Virus record (IMG/VR): IMGVR_UViG_3300030330_000585
Location: 1 to 34,768 of that record
DNA length: 34,768 bases
Origin: a virus
Taxonomy: Duplodnaviria; Caudoviricetes
Direction: 5' to 3' (one strand)
Positions 7,673 through 18,300 of this stretch are shown here, piece after piece. Positions within the stretch are counted from its first letter, which is position 1. The number at the start of each line of letters is the position of its first letter. The position numbers and the translations under genes are program-made. The notes under the pieces were generated by a model. The model saw only the letters and a list, made by a program, of their open reading frames with translations. It ran no database searches and was not told where the DNA came from.

Positions 7673-10033
7673 ATGGCTGAGTCAGTATATGTTAATTTTC
7701 CTTCTCAAGTTGTTAGCGACTTAGAAAAAATGAGTCCAGAGTATGGGCTTAAAATAGCTAAAGCTATTGAGCAGGAGTGGTTCAATGGGGTACAGTCTAA
7801 TAGATATGTAGATACGCAAAATAAGTTTCATAGACTAAGACTATACGCTAGAGGAGAGCAATCAATACAAAAATATAAAGATGAATTATCTATTAATGGT
7901 GATTTATCTTATCTTAATTTAGACTGGAAGCCTGTACCAATTATACCTAAATTTGTAGATATAGTTGTTAACGGTATGTCTGAGCGTATGTTTAATGTGA
8001 CTGCATATGCGCAAGATCAATATGGTGTTAGCAAAAGAACTGAATATATGGAGTCTCTTATTAGAGACATGCAGGCTAAGACTTATAACGATCAAGCCGG
8101 CAAGTTCTTCAACATGGACTTGTACGAAAACGATAAAGAAGAATTACCAGAAACTAAAGAAGAGCTAGAGTTACACATGCAGCTTAACTATAAACAAGCT
8201 GTTGAGTTAGCTGAAGAACAGGCTATAAACGTTTTGCTAGAAGGCAATAAATACGATTTAACTCGAAGAAGACTACTTCACGACTTGACTGTATTAGGCA
8301 TAGCTTGCGTAAAAACAGGTTTTAATACTAGCCAAGGTGTTACTGTTGATTACGTAGATCCAGCTAATATAGTTTACTCTTATACAGACTCTCCATATTT
8401 TGATGATATATATTATATAGGTGAAGTTAAAACTTTATCTATAAACGAACTCGTTAGAGAGTTTCCTAATTTAACTCAATCAGAGTTAGAAGAAATAAAG
8501 AAAAGCTCTTATAGGCCTAGACGTAAATACAATAGAGTAGAAGTACGTGATCAGAATAAAGTTCAAGTTTTGTATTTTAACTATAAAACTTATATGAACG
8601 ATACATATAAAGTAAAAGAAACTGGCACGGGAGGCGAAAAGGCTATACCTAAAGATGACACGTTTAATCCACCAGAAAACAAAGAAGGTGGATATATGAA
8701 ATTGCAGCGCGCCGTGGAGGTAGTTTATGAAGGAGCTGTTGTTATTGGTATTGACAAGCTTCTTAAGTGGAACATGTGCGAAAATATGATGCGTAGTAAA
8801 TCTGACTTCAATAAAGTCAAGATGAACTACAATATCGTAGCACCGCACTTATATGATAATCGTATTGAATCTTTAGTTAGCAGGATCACTGGTTTCGCTG
8901 ACATGATTCAGCTTACGCACCTAAAGCTGCAACAAGTTATGTCGCGTATGGTGCCCGATGGTGTATATCTTGACGCTGACGGTTTAGCTGAAGTTGACTT
9001 AGGTAACGGAACTAATTACAACCCACAAGAAGCGCTTAATATGTTCTTCCAAACAGGTTCGGTTATTGGCAGATCATTTACTCAAGACGGTGATCCTAAT
9101 CCAGGTAAAATACCTATTCAGCAAATAGCGAACGGCGCGGGCCAAGATAAAATTGGCAGCTTAATACAGACATACAACTATTACTTACAAATGATCCGCG
9201 ATGTAACCGGATTAAATGAAGCACGTGATGCTAGTATGCCTGATCCTAAGTCCCTTGTTGGTATACAGAAGTTAGCTGCTGCAAACTCTAATGTAGCTAC
9301 TAGACATATTCTTCTTGGATCTATGTATTTAACTTCTGAAGTTGCTGAATCATTATCGCTTCGCATATCGGATATATTAGAATATTCTCCAACGGCTGAT
9401 GCTTTTGTTCAAGCTATAGGCTCGCATAATGCGGCTACGTTGAAAGAAATGTCAGAGCTATACTTATATGACTTCGGTATATTTATAGAGCTCATGCCTG
9501 ATGCAGAAGAGAAGCAACTTCTTGAAAACAATATACAAACGGCTTTAGCGCAGCAGCTAATAGATTTAGATGATGCAATAGATATTAGAGAAATACGCAA
9601 TGTAAAGTTAGCAAATCAATTATTAAAAATAAAGAGAAAGCAGAAACAAGAACGTGATCAAAAAATCCAACAGGAGAACATCAAAGCGCAAGCAGACGCG
9701 AATGCGCAAGCTCAACAAGCCGCTGCTCAAGCTGAGATACAAAAAAATCAGGCAAAAACTCAAGCGGACCTGCAATTAGAACAAGCTAGAAACCAAGCTA
9801 GATTAACTCAGCTACAAGAAGAGGTTAGATTAAAGAAAGAGCTAATGCAATATGAGTTTGAATTGAACCAACAATTAAGAGAGCAAGAGCGCGGTGATAA
9901 GATGCAAGTGACACGCTTCAAAGAAGAAGCAAAAGATAAGCGAGAAACTGCTAAAAAGTTTGAGTCTTCAGGTAATGATATACTTGGAAGCGGAATAGGA
10001 TTAGACAAGTTTAATCCACAAGTAGGAAATTAA
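7673..10033 (+). CDS. Portal protein
   Basis: 786 aa immediately after TerL; contains IIPKFVDIVVNG and IRDVTGLNEARD, and ends in a long Gln/Ala coiled coil like a P22/crAss-type portal barrel. Confidence 0.88.
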   Translation: MAESVYVNFPSQVVSDLEKMSPEYGLKIAKAIEQEWFNGVQSNRYVDTQNKFHRLRLYARGEQSIQKYKDELSINGDLSYLNLDWKPVPIIPKFVDIVVNGMSERMFNVTAYAQDQYGVSKRTEYMESLIRDMQAKTYNDQAGKFFNMDLYENDKEELPETKEELELHMQLNYKQAVELAEEQAINVLLEGNKYDLTRRRLLHDLTVLGIACVKTGFNTSQGVTVDYVDPANIVYSYTDSPYFDDIYYIGEVKTLSINELVREFPNLTQSELEEIKKSSYRPRRKYNRVEVRDQNKVQVLYFNYKTYMNDTYKVKETGTGGEKAIPKDDTFNPPENKEGGYMKLQRAVEVVYEGAVVIGIDKLLKWNMCENMMRSKSDFNKVKMNYNIVAPHLYDNRIESLVSRITGFADMIQLTHLKLQQVMSRMVPDGVYLDADGLAEVDLGNGTNYNPQEALNMFFQTGSVIGRSFTQDGDPNPGKIPIQQIANGAGQDKIGSLIQTYNYYLQMIRDVTGLNEARDASMPDPKSLVGIQKLAAANSNVATRHILLGSMYLTSEVAESLSLRISDILEYSPTADAFVQAIGSHNAATLKEMSELYLYDFGIFIELMPDAEEKQLLENNIQTALAQQLIDLDDAIDIREIRNVKLANQLLKIKRKQKQERDQKIQQENIKAQADANAQAQQAAAQAEIQKNQAKTQADLQLEQARNQARLTQLQEEVRLKKELMQYEFELNQQLREQERGDKMQVTRFKEEAKDKRETAKKFESSGNDILGSGIGLDKFNPQVGN

Positions 10034-10050
10034 TTATATAATATTTTATT

Positions 10051-11250
10051 ATGGAAAATGAAAATCAAACAGACCTTGAAGATGTGATCCAAGAGGTTGA
10101 AAATGAAACACCAAAAGTTGAAGAAGTTGTAGAAGAACAACCTGAACTTGATTTAAGTAAATTTAATAGCGCGGAAGATCCTAGCGTTATTAAAGTAGAT
10201 TTATCTAAACCAAACGATGAAACTGAAGAAAGTAACACTGACGACGCAGGAGTGGTTAGAGTCGATGAAGACGCCCAGCCCGCACAAAGTGAAGACGAAG
10301 TACAACCGCAAGGAGAAGTACAAGAAGAAGTACCAACACTAGAAGAAGTAACTGAAGAGCAAGTAGAAGAATTTAAGGAAGAGGTTGCCGATGCTATTGA
10401 AGAAGCACAAGCTACAGGAGGTGAACTTCCAGAAAATGTAAAGAAGCTTATTGACTTCATGGCGGATACTGGCGGTGATCTTGAAGACTACGTTAGATTA
10501 AATAGAGACGTATCTAGTATAGACGATCAAGATGCTTTACGCGAGTACTATAGAGATACTAAGCCTCATTTATCTTCAGAAGAAATAAGCTTTTTGATGG
10601 AAGATCAATTTGCTTATGATGAATCAATAGATGATGAGCGTGATATAAAGAGAAGAAAATTAGCCCGAAAAGAGCAAGTTGCAGAGGCTAAAGCCTACTT
10701 AGACAGGCAAAAGTCTAAATACTATGAAGAAATTAAAGCCGGAAGCAAGCTCACACCTGAGCAACAGAAAGCTGTAGATTTTTTCAATAGATACAATAAA
10801 GAGTCTGAGCAGACGCAGAAGACTGTAGAAAAACAAAAGTTAGTTTTTAATAAGAAGACACAACAAGTTTTCAACGACGAGTTCAAAGGTTTTGACTACA
10901 ACGTCGGAGATAAGACTTACAGGTATTCTGTTAAAGACGCCGAGCAAATTAAAAACACTCAAAGCGATATTAACAATTTTGTCGGAAAGTTTCTTGACGA
11001 AAACAATACGATGAGTGATGCAAAAGGTTATCACAAAAGTTTATTTACAGCTATGAACGCAGATGCTGTTGCTAGACATTTTTACGAACAAGGTAAGGCT
11101 GACGCTTTAAAAGAAACAGTAGCTAAGTCTAAAAACATTAATATGGACCCAAGACAATCGCACGGTGTGGTTGAAGCAGGTGGTATTAAAGTTCGCGTGT
11201 TAGGTGACGATTCAAACTCTTTTAAATTTAAAATGAAAAGTAAAAAATAA
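10051..11250 (+). CDS. Probable head scaffolding/assembly protein
   Basis: Very acidic low-complexity N-terminus and helical C-terminus; lies between portal and major capsid genes. Confidence 0.65.
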   Translation: MENENQTDLEDVIQEVENETPKVEEVVEEQPELDLSKFNSAEDPSVIKVDLSKPNDETEESNTDDAGVVRVDEDAQPAQSEDEVQPQGEVQEEVPTLEEVTEEQVEEFKEEVADAIEEAQATGGELPENVKKLIDFMADTGGDLEDYVRLNRDVSSIDDQDALREYYRDTKPHLSSEEISFLMEDQFAYDESIDDERDIKRRKLARKEQVAEAKAYLDRQKSKYYEEIKAGSKLTPEQQKAVDFFNRYNKESEQTQKTVEKQKLVFNKKTQQVFNDEFKGFDYNVGDKTYRYSVKDAEQIKNTQSDINNFVGKFLDENNTMSDAKGYHKSLFTAMNADAVARHFYEQGKADALKETVAKSKNINMDPRQSHGVVEAGGIKVRVLGDDSNSFKFKMKSKK

Positions 11251-11263
11251 AAATTAAGAAAAA

Positions 11264-12745
11264 ATGGCAATTAATCCAGGAGATAATTTGAATAGCGTAC
11301 CTGCTGCATTACAGCAAACGCTATCTTCAAACTACTTAGACCTTTCATCTGCTTCTAACGCAGGTTGGGGTCAACAATATGTTCCAGATCTAATGGAGAA
11401 AGAAGCTGAGGTATTCGGACCACGTACTATCTCTGGTTTCCTTTCACAAGTTGGAGCTGAAGAGTCTATGACTGCTGACCAAGTTGTTTGGTCTGAGCAA
11501 GGTAGACTACACCTTTCGTACAAAGGTAACACAAGCGCAGACAACACTATCATTGTTCAACAAGATATTGATGGCGCTAAAGGCGCTGGTACTGGTACTA
11601 CTGGTATCTCTAACGGTCTAACTGGTACTCATCACGGTGTAAGAAAGAATGATACTATTATCGTTTCTAACGCTAACGGTATTTTTAAGTGTCTTGTAAC
11701 AAATGTATCTACTGATACTTTAACTGTTGCAGACTACAGCAACGCTACTTTAGCTACTTCTGGAGCAGCAGGTGCTTTAGGTACAACTATTCTAGTGTAC
11801 GGTTCTGAGTTTAAGAAAGGAGATAACTACCACGGCGACACTTCTAGAACAGCTAACGAACCAGCATTCACTACATTTACTAACAAGCCTATCATTATGA
11901 AAGACTACTACGAGGTATCTGGATCAGACGCATCTCGTATTGGTTGGGTTGAAGTGGCTGCTGAAGATGGTCAATCAGGTTACCTTTGGTACCTAAAAGC
12001 TGAGGCTGACACTCGCGCTCGTTTTAACGATTACGTTGAAATGTCTATGCTAGAGTCTGTTCGTGGTAGCAACTCTACTACTGTTGACACTACTTTAGGC
12101 GCAAGTTCTGATGCTGGTGTAGGTACTCAAGGTTTATTCGATGCTATCGAAGATCGTGGTAACGTTACTACTGGTGTTACTGGTGTTAACGCGGCTACTG
12201 ACTTAGCTGAGTTTGACGCTATCCTTGCTGAGTTTGACTCTCAAGGTGCTATTGAAGAAAACATGTTATTCGTTAACCGTGCTACATCTTTAGCATTTGA
12301 TGATATGCTTGCTTCAATGAACTCATACGGTGCTGGCGGTACTTCTTACGGAGTGTTTGAAAATGACGAAGACATGGCTCTAAACCTTGGCTTCTCTGGT
12401 TTCCGTCGCGGATCTTATGACTTCTACAAGTCTGACTTCCGTTACTTAAACGACAAAGCTACTCGTGGTGGTATTAACTCTGCTAACGCAGCTAACGCTA
12501 TCCGTGGAGTTATTATTCCAGCTGGTACTTCAACTGTATACGATCAGCAGTTAGGTAAAAACCTTAAGCGTCCTTTCCTACACGTACGTTTCAGAGCTTC
12601 TGCTACTGACGATCGTCGTATGAAGACTTGGGTTACTGGTTCAGTAGGTGCTGCTACATCTGCGCTTGACGCAATGCAGCTTCACTTCTTAACTGAGCGT
12701 TGCTTAATTACTCAAGGAGCTAACAACTTCATGTTGATGAAGTAA
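11264..12745 (+). CDS. Major capsid protein
   Basis: 493 aa after the scaffold, strong high-expression codon bias (CGT, GCT, AAC, TTC), followed by a strong terminator. Confidence 0.87.
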   Translation: MAINPGDNLNSVPAALQQTLSSNYLDLSSASNAGWGQQYVPDLMEKEAEVFGPRTISGFLSQVGAEESMTADQVVWSEQGRLHLSYKGNTSADNTIIVQQDIDGAKGAGTGTTGISNGLTGTHHGVRKNDTIIVSNANGIFKCLVTNVSTDTLTVADYSNATLATSGAAGALGTTILVYGSEFKKGDNYHGDTSRTANEPAFTTFTNKPIIMKDYYEVSGSDASRIGWVEVAAEDGQSGYLWYLKAEADTRARFNDYVEMSMLESVRGSNSTTVDTTLGASSDAGVGTQGLFDAIEDRGNVTTGVTGVNAATDLAEFDAILAEFDSQGAIEENMLFVNRATSLAFDDMLASMNSYGAGGTSYGVFENDEDMALNLGFSGFRRGSYDFYKSDFRYLNDKATRGGINSANAANAIRGVIIPAGTSTVYDQQLGKNLKRPFLHVRFRASATDDRRMKTWVTGSVGAATSALDAMQLHFLTERCLITQGANNFMLMK

Positions 12746-12758
12746 ACTATGTTTATCG

Positions 12759-12790
12759 AAACTACCTCACCTTCGGGTGGGGTAGTTTTA
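12759..12790 (+). terminator. Rho-independent terminator after the capsid gene
   Basis: 13-bp stem AAACTACCTCACC-TTCG-GGTGGGGTAGTTT (one G:U), cUUCGg tetraloop, T-rich 3' flank. Confidence 0.88.
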
Positions 12791-12812
12791 TATTATTTAA
12801 TTATATTATATT

Positions 12813-13640
12813 ATGGCAAAAAAGAAAACACAAGAGGTTGTAGAAGAGCCTCAAATAGAAACTGTAGTTGCTGAAGCACCGAAGCCTAAGCCAACTCCAG
12901 TTGTAGAAAAACCAAAGGATACTTGGGAGTTTAAAGACAGAATTTATTATTTAAAAGGTAGTAAAAAGCCGTTATCGTACAGCATAAGATCTTCTAATTT
13001 ATTTTATTTTGATAAAGATAAAGGATATGAAAGAGAGATTAAGTACTGTCAAAACCAAAGCACTTGCTTTGTAGACGAAATGAAAGGTGATCAGCGTTTA
13101 GAACATATTGTATTTAGAAGCGGAGCCTTGTTTGTACCGAAAGAAAAAGTAACTCTACAAAAATTTTTATCATTATACCATCCTCATAATAGTAAAACTT
13201 TTTACGAGCACAAGCCTGTAGAAATAGCAAAAACGCAGATTGATATTTTAGAAATGGAAGTAGAAGCTTTAGTAGCTGCTAAAAACATTGATATTGAAAT
13301 GGCGGAGGCTATAATGAGAGTAGAAGTTGGTTCTGAAGTATCTAACATGAGTTCTAAAGAGCTTAAACGCGATTTATTACTATATGCTAAGAGAAATCCA
13401 GCGGTGTTCTTAGAACTGTTAAATGATGACAACGTAGTTCTTAGGAACTTTGGTATCAAAGCTACAGAACTTGGTATTATCAAACTTTCAAATGATCAGC
13501 GTCACTTTATGTGGGGATCAAACGATCGAAAGTTAATGACAGTACCTTTTGACGAGCATCCATACACAGCTTTAGCGCATTGGTTTAAAACCGATGAAGG
13601 TATGGAAATATACTCTAATATAGAGAAAAGATTAAATTAA
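12813..13640 (+). CDS. Conserved-type phage morphogenesis protein, function unknown
   Basis: 275 aa with a Pro/Glu/Lys-rich N-terminal linker; lies downstream of the capsid gene between two hairpins. Confidence 0.75.
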   Translation: MAKKKTQEVVEEPQIETVVAEAPKPKPTPVVEKPKDTWEFKDRIYYLKGSKKPLSYSIRSSNLFYFDKDKGYEREIKYCQNQSTCFVDEMKGDQRLEHIVFRSGALFVPKEKVTLQKFLSLYHPHNSKTFYEHKPVEIAKTQIDILEMEVEALVAAKNIDIEMAEAIMRVEVGSEVSNMSSKELKRDLLLYAKRNPAVFLELLNDDNVVLRNFGIKATELGIIKLSNDQRHFMWGSNDRKLMTVPFDEHPYTALAHWFKTDEGMEIYSNIEKRLN

Positions 13641-13648
13641 CTAGTTAT

Positions 13649-13680
13649 GTGACTGCCCTTCGGGGCGGTCACTAAACTTT
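13649..13680 (+). terminator. Stem-loop, probable (weaker) terminator
   Basis: GTGACTGCCC-TTCG-GGGCGGTCAC, 10 bp with one G:U, followed by TAAACTTT. Confidence 0.7.
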
Positions 13681-13691
13681 AAAAACGAATT

Positions 13692-14441
13692 ATGGCAGTA
13701 AGTATAGACACGGTATATCAAAGAGTATTAGCTCTTGCTAATAAAGAGCAAAGAGGTTATATTACACCACAGGAATATAACTTACTTGCCAACCAGGCTC
13801 AAATGCAAATATTTGAGTCTTATTTTTATGCTAAAAATCAAAGAGAACGTACTGAGCCGAATAGATCTGCAGAAGTAGATGAAACTGATATTAGCGAGTT
13901 AATAGATTTAAAACTTAGACCGTTTGTTAACGTAGAAAACGTAGCGGGTGGAACTTCCTTTCCAACGGCGTTAGTTAACTCTGGCGTGTCTTACGATATA
14001 TATCAAACAGGCAAACTGTTTTACAACGGTCAAGTTTGTAGTAAGATATCTGTTAATGAACTAAATCGCATGTCTACTTCTGTTAGACACTATAGCACGA
14101 TGCAAAATCAAAGCCCGGTATTTATTGATAGCTACAACAACGGTGAAGATGTTTTAGTTTATGCTGGACCCACAGATACTGGTACCTTTGAAAATAAAAC
14201 TACAGGAGTAACCATCGAGTGTTTTAGAAAGCCAGTAGAAGTTGAGTGGGCTTACGTCGTAGTAAATGAAAAAGCTTTATATAACGCTAATGTAGCAGTT
14301 GATTTTGAGTTACATATATCAGAAGAAGATACGTTAGTCAATAAAATATTAGAGCTCGCTGGTATTATAATGAACAAGCCTGGATTGATCGCTGCAGCGG
14401 CTCAATACAGCGCTAACGAACTAGAAATACAAAAAGTGTAA
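13692..14441 (+). CDS. Probable head-tail adaptor / tail ring protein
   Basis: 249 aa; N-terminal helices (NKEQRGYITPQEYNLLANQAQ) and C-terminal FELHISEEDTLVNKILELAG; position before the tail genes. Confidence 0.6.
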   Translation: MAVSIDTVYQRVLALANKEQRGYITPQEYNLLANQAQMQIFESYFYAKNQRERTEPNRSAEVDETDISELIDLKLRPFVNVENVAGGTSFPTALVNSGVSYDIYQTGKLFYNGQVCSKISVNELNRMSTSVRHYSTMQNQSPVFIDSYNNGEDVLVYAGPTDTGTFENKTTGVTIECFRKPVEVEWAYVVVNEKALYNANVAVDFELHISEEDTLVNKILELAGIIMNKPGLIAAAAQYSANELEIQKV

Positions 14442-14444
14442 ACA

Positions 14445-15389
14445 ATGGGTATAATAAAATCAGCTCCTCAAACATATTACGATAATACTAATCCAGATTT
14501 TGGTAATTATCGATATGTACCGCTAAGTGATATTATAGGATCATTTAACGCGGCTTATGTAGGTAAAGGAAAAATATGTGAAGGCGTTTTAGGTATGGAC
14601 GTAAATTTCCATGCTATACGCGCTTTGCAAGAGTTGAGCTATGACACTCTTAAGTGCACTAAAGATTTAGAAGTAGAAGTGCCGTCATCACTGGTACTAG
14701 TTATGCCAGTAGATTACGTTAATTACGTGAGTTTGCAATGGGTTGATGATAACGGTATATTCCGTAGGTTATATCCTACGAATAAATCAGGTAATCCTTT
14801 TGATGTCCAAAACGCTGTAGAAGGTTACGGTGGTTTCACTACAACGCCAGTTTTAAACAGTGAGTCAGATGTTGACAGAGAGCCAGCTGACGCAGATGGT
14901 AATTTTAACTCTACAAGTTTTGATAAATTTAAAGCTCAAAACGTAAACGATATTGGTAATCTTGATGCAGACGAAATAGACGATGTGTACGGAGATTTAG
15001 TTGGTGGTAGATACGGCCTTGATCCACAATACGCGCAAAGCAACGGCACGTTCTTTGTAGATGAAACGCAAGGTAAGTTTCACTTTAGCTCGAGCGTAGC
15101 TGGTAAAACAGTGGTACTTAAGTATATTAGCGATGGTATTGTATCGACAAGTTCTGCTGGTATTGATCTCACAGCATGTGAAGTACCAAAGCTTGCTGAA
15201 GAAGCTATATACAAGCATATACTATACGGAGTGTTGTCTGCTAGAAAAGATACACCAGGCGGTTTACTTGGCCAACTCAAGAGGGAAAAGTTTGCTGAGA
15301 CAAGAAAAGCTAAGCTTAGGCTTTCAAATATTAAGCTAGAAGAATTAACTCAAGTACTTAGAGGAAGCTCTAAAATAATCAAGCACTAA
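14445..15389 (+). CDS. Probable tail tubular / ring protein
   Basis: 314 aa with MPVDYVNYV and LKYISDG...VPKLAEEAIYKHI, the pattern of tubular/adaptor proteins; directly precedes the stabilisation protein. Confidence 0.6.
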   Translation: MGIIKSAPQTYYDNTNPDFGNYRYVPLSDIIGSFNAAYVGKGKICEGVLGMDVNFHAIRALQELSYDTLKCTKDLEVEVPSSLVLVMPVDYVNYVSLQWVDDNGIFRRLYPTNKSGNPFDVQNAVEGYGGFTTTPVLNSESDVDREPADADGNFNSTSFDKFKAQNVNDIGNLDADEIDDVYGDLVGGRYGLDPQYAQSNGTFFVDETQGKFHFSSSVAGKTVVLKYISDGIVSTSSAGIDLTACEVPKLAEEAIYKHILYGVLSARKDTPGGLLGQLKREKFAETRKAKLRLSNIKLEELTQVLRGSSKIIKH

Positions 15390-15392
15390 CAT

Positions 15393-18300
15393 ATGGCAGA
15401 GTTGAGACAAGATTTCTCAAAAGCTCGTATGAATAAGGATATGGACGAACGTCTTGTTCCTAACGGCGAGTATAGAGACGCAAATAATATACAAATAGCC
15501 ACATCTGATGGTTCAGATATAGGTACAGTACAATCGTTGCTAAGTAATTATCTTCGAAATAGAACAGAACAAAACGCTTCGGAAGGTAATTATAATCATA
15601 TATATACCGACGGCAGCCAATCCACGGATTTTAAGCATACTGTAGTAGGCACAGTAGCTGACGCTAGTAAAGATAAAATATATTATTTAGTTTCTGGTGG
15701 AGATCTTTACAACGCTAATGGATACCCTTCTGTAAGAAAAGATTATATTATAGAGTACGATACTGTTACTGAAACTAATAAGTATGTTTTTGTAGATATA
15801 TTTGAGGTAGATACCACTGTATCAGGCGCTCCCGGCTCAACAACTACGTTTCACATAGCGTTAGGCGCTGGAGACTCTCAATACGACATAGGTATTAGAG
15901 TTGGTATGAATATTACTACTACAGCCACTACACCTAATACTACTTTAAATACAGATCTTGTTGTCACAGCTATAGCGTATGACACGGATGGTGGCACAAA
16001 CAAGTGGAAAATAACCACTAATAAAGCTCATGGATTATCAGATACTAACGCTATAGCTTTTGAAGCTAAAAGAGTATTAAATTTCTCTAAGTTTAATTTA
16101 ATCACAGGGATAAACATATTAGAAGATTTTATATACTTTACAGACAATGTTCATGAGCCTAAAAAAATAAGCATTAGTAGAAGCATAGCAGGTACTGGTG
16201 GTTTAGTAGAGCTTAACACAGAGCCTACAGACATATTTACTGGAAACACTCAGCATTTCCATACTAGATTAGTTAAAGATTCAAGTAGCTACGAAGAGTC
16301 TCAAAACACTTTGCGTGTAGTGGTAAATGACGCGGGTACTTTACCGGTGTATGTAGACGAAAGTCATGTAACGGTAATTAGAAAGTCTCCTACACAGCCT
16401 CTAAAACTTAAAATGTTTAGACAAGAGTCTAGCAAAATTAATAGCCAAGGAGAAGAAAACCCTGTTACAGGTACTATAGAAAACTTTATGCACGACTTTA
16501 ATGGTAACGTGCTGGGTCCTAGTGGACAACTTTTTTCTGATGCTGATGGTTTTTTCTTTACGTCTGAAATAGACATAAGGGAAGGAGATATAATACTTGG
16601 AACTTTAGAAGAAAACTTAGATTTAGAAACTGCAGAAGAAGATTACTTTGATTACAGGATGCTGTGTCTTGATAGTCCTGTTACAGGGCCTAATAACTTA
16701 ACAGCAGGCGCGTCGCCTAATAACACGTTTGTGTTTAGCTTATTATCTATGTCTAGTGCTGCACAGCAATACTTTGACGATCAGTTTCTTCCACTACAAA
16801 ATCTTCATGTTAAGATTCAAGAAAAAGACATAATATTTCAACATAAGTTTCCAAGATTTTCTTATAGATATAAGTACCAAGACGGTGAGTATTCTACGTT
16901 TGCACCGTTTTCAGAAGTAGCTTTTTTAACAGGTGACTACGAGTATAAGCCAAACAAAGGTTATAATTTCGGTATGTCAAACCAACTTAGAACTTTACAT
17001 TTAACTGATTTTGTTGGTCATGAAGACATAATGCCAGAAGATGTTGTTGAAATAGATATACTTTATAAAGAAACAAATAACCCTACCGTATATAGCGTAG
17101 AAACTTTAAAGCCAACAGATGACGGTTGGCCTGGCTCTCAACAATTACAAGATCAAAACAATGACAACCGCCGTGGCTTTATAGAGTTAGACACTGATCT
17201 TATACACGCAGTTATACCTTCTAATCAGCTTCTTAGGCCATATGATAATGTACCTAGAAAAGCTTTAGCTCAAGAAATAACAGCGAATAGATTAATATAT
17301 GGTAATTATGTTCAAAATTACACAATAGACTCTAACCCTCGTTTATCTGTCAACTATCAAAGAACTAAATATAGTGACGGAGGTTTTGAATACGCGCCAC
17401 CTTCAGTAAAATCTTTACGTAACTATCAGGTAGGTGTTGTGTTTAGCGATGAATATGGTAGAGAAACTCCAGTCTTAAGTTCTGACGCGTCTTCTGTATT
17501 TATACCTATTCAAGCTTCGGCTGATAGAAATAGATTAGCAGTTGCTTTAGATGTTAAAAATACTACTATACCTGATTGGGCAAAGTATTTTTCATATTAC
17601 GTAAAAGAACCAACTGCTGAGTACTATACTATGGCTATGGATCGTTGGTATAATGCTGAAGATGGTAACATTTGGATATCTTTCCCGTCTGCAGATAGAA
17701 ACAAAATACAAGAAGACGATACTATTATACTTAAAAAAGCGGCCGGATCAAACGAAGCTATTAAAGTAGACAATAGATACAAGGTTTTAGCTATATCTAA
17801 CGAAGCTCCCGACTTTATTAAAGAAACTAAAAAAGTTTTAGGCACAGTTGTTGCAAGTTTAGGTACTATTGGAAATACTAGTACTGGTAATCTGTACCCA
17901 TTGCCTGGTGTTAATAGAATATCAGTTACCTCTGCAGATTTTATTAAGCAGTTTGGGCACAACTTACATGTGATAACTCCAGATAAATTATTATTAAGAA
18001 TTGAAGGCGCTGGAGAAACTTCTGATTTATACGAAGTTGCTGCGTTAACTAGATTAATAGAGGGTACTGGTCCAATCGGAGGTGGTAACTTTGCTATTAC
18101 CACTAAAAAACCGTTTGGCGAAGACATGAGTTTTACATCTACAACCAATAGTGGTCTTGATGCTATAGATGAAATAAGATTAACGCTAATACAGGTAGAT
18201 GTTCTTAATAAACCTGAGTTTGATGGTAGATTTTTTGTAAAGATATTTAAAGACCCAACACTAGCTAAATACGTTTTAATTCAACAGCAAGAAGATTTAG

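Noticed and set aside
5450-12745. Introns or inteins in terL, portal or capsid genes
   Set aside because: The ORFs are continuous and of plausible size; I saw no intein termini or homing-endonuclease motifs.
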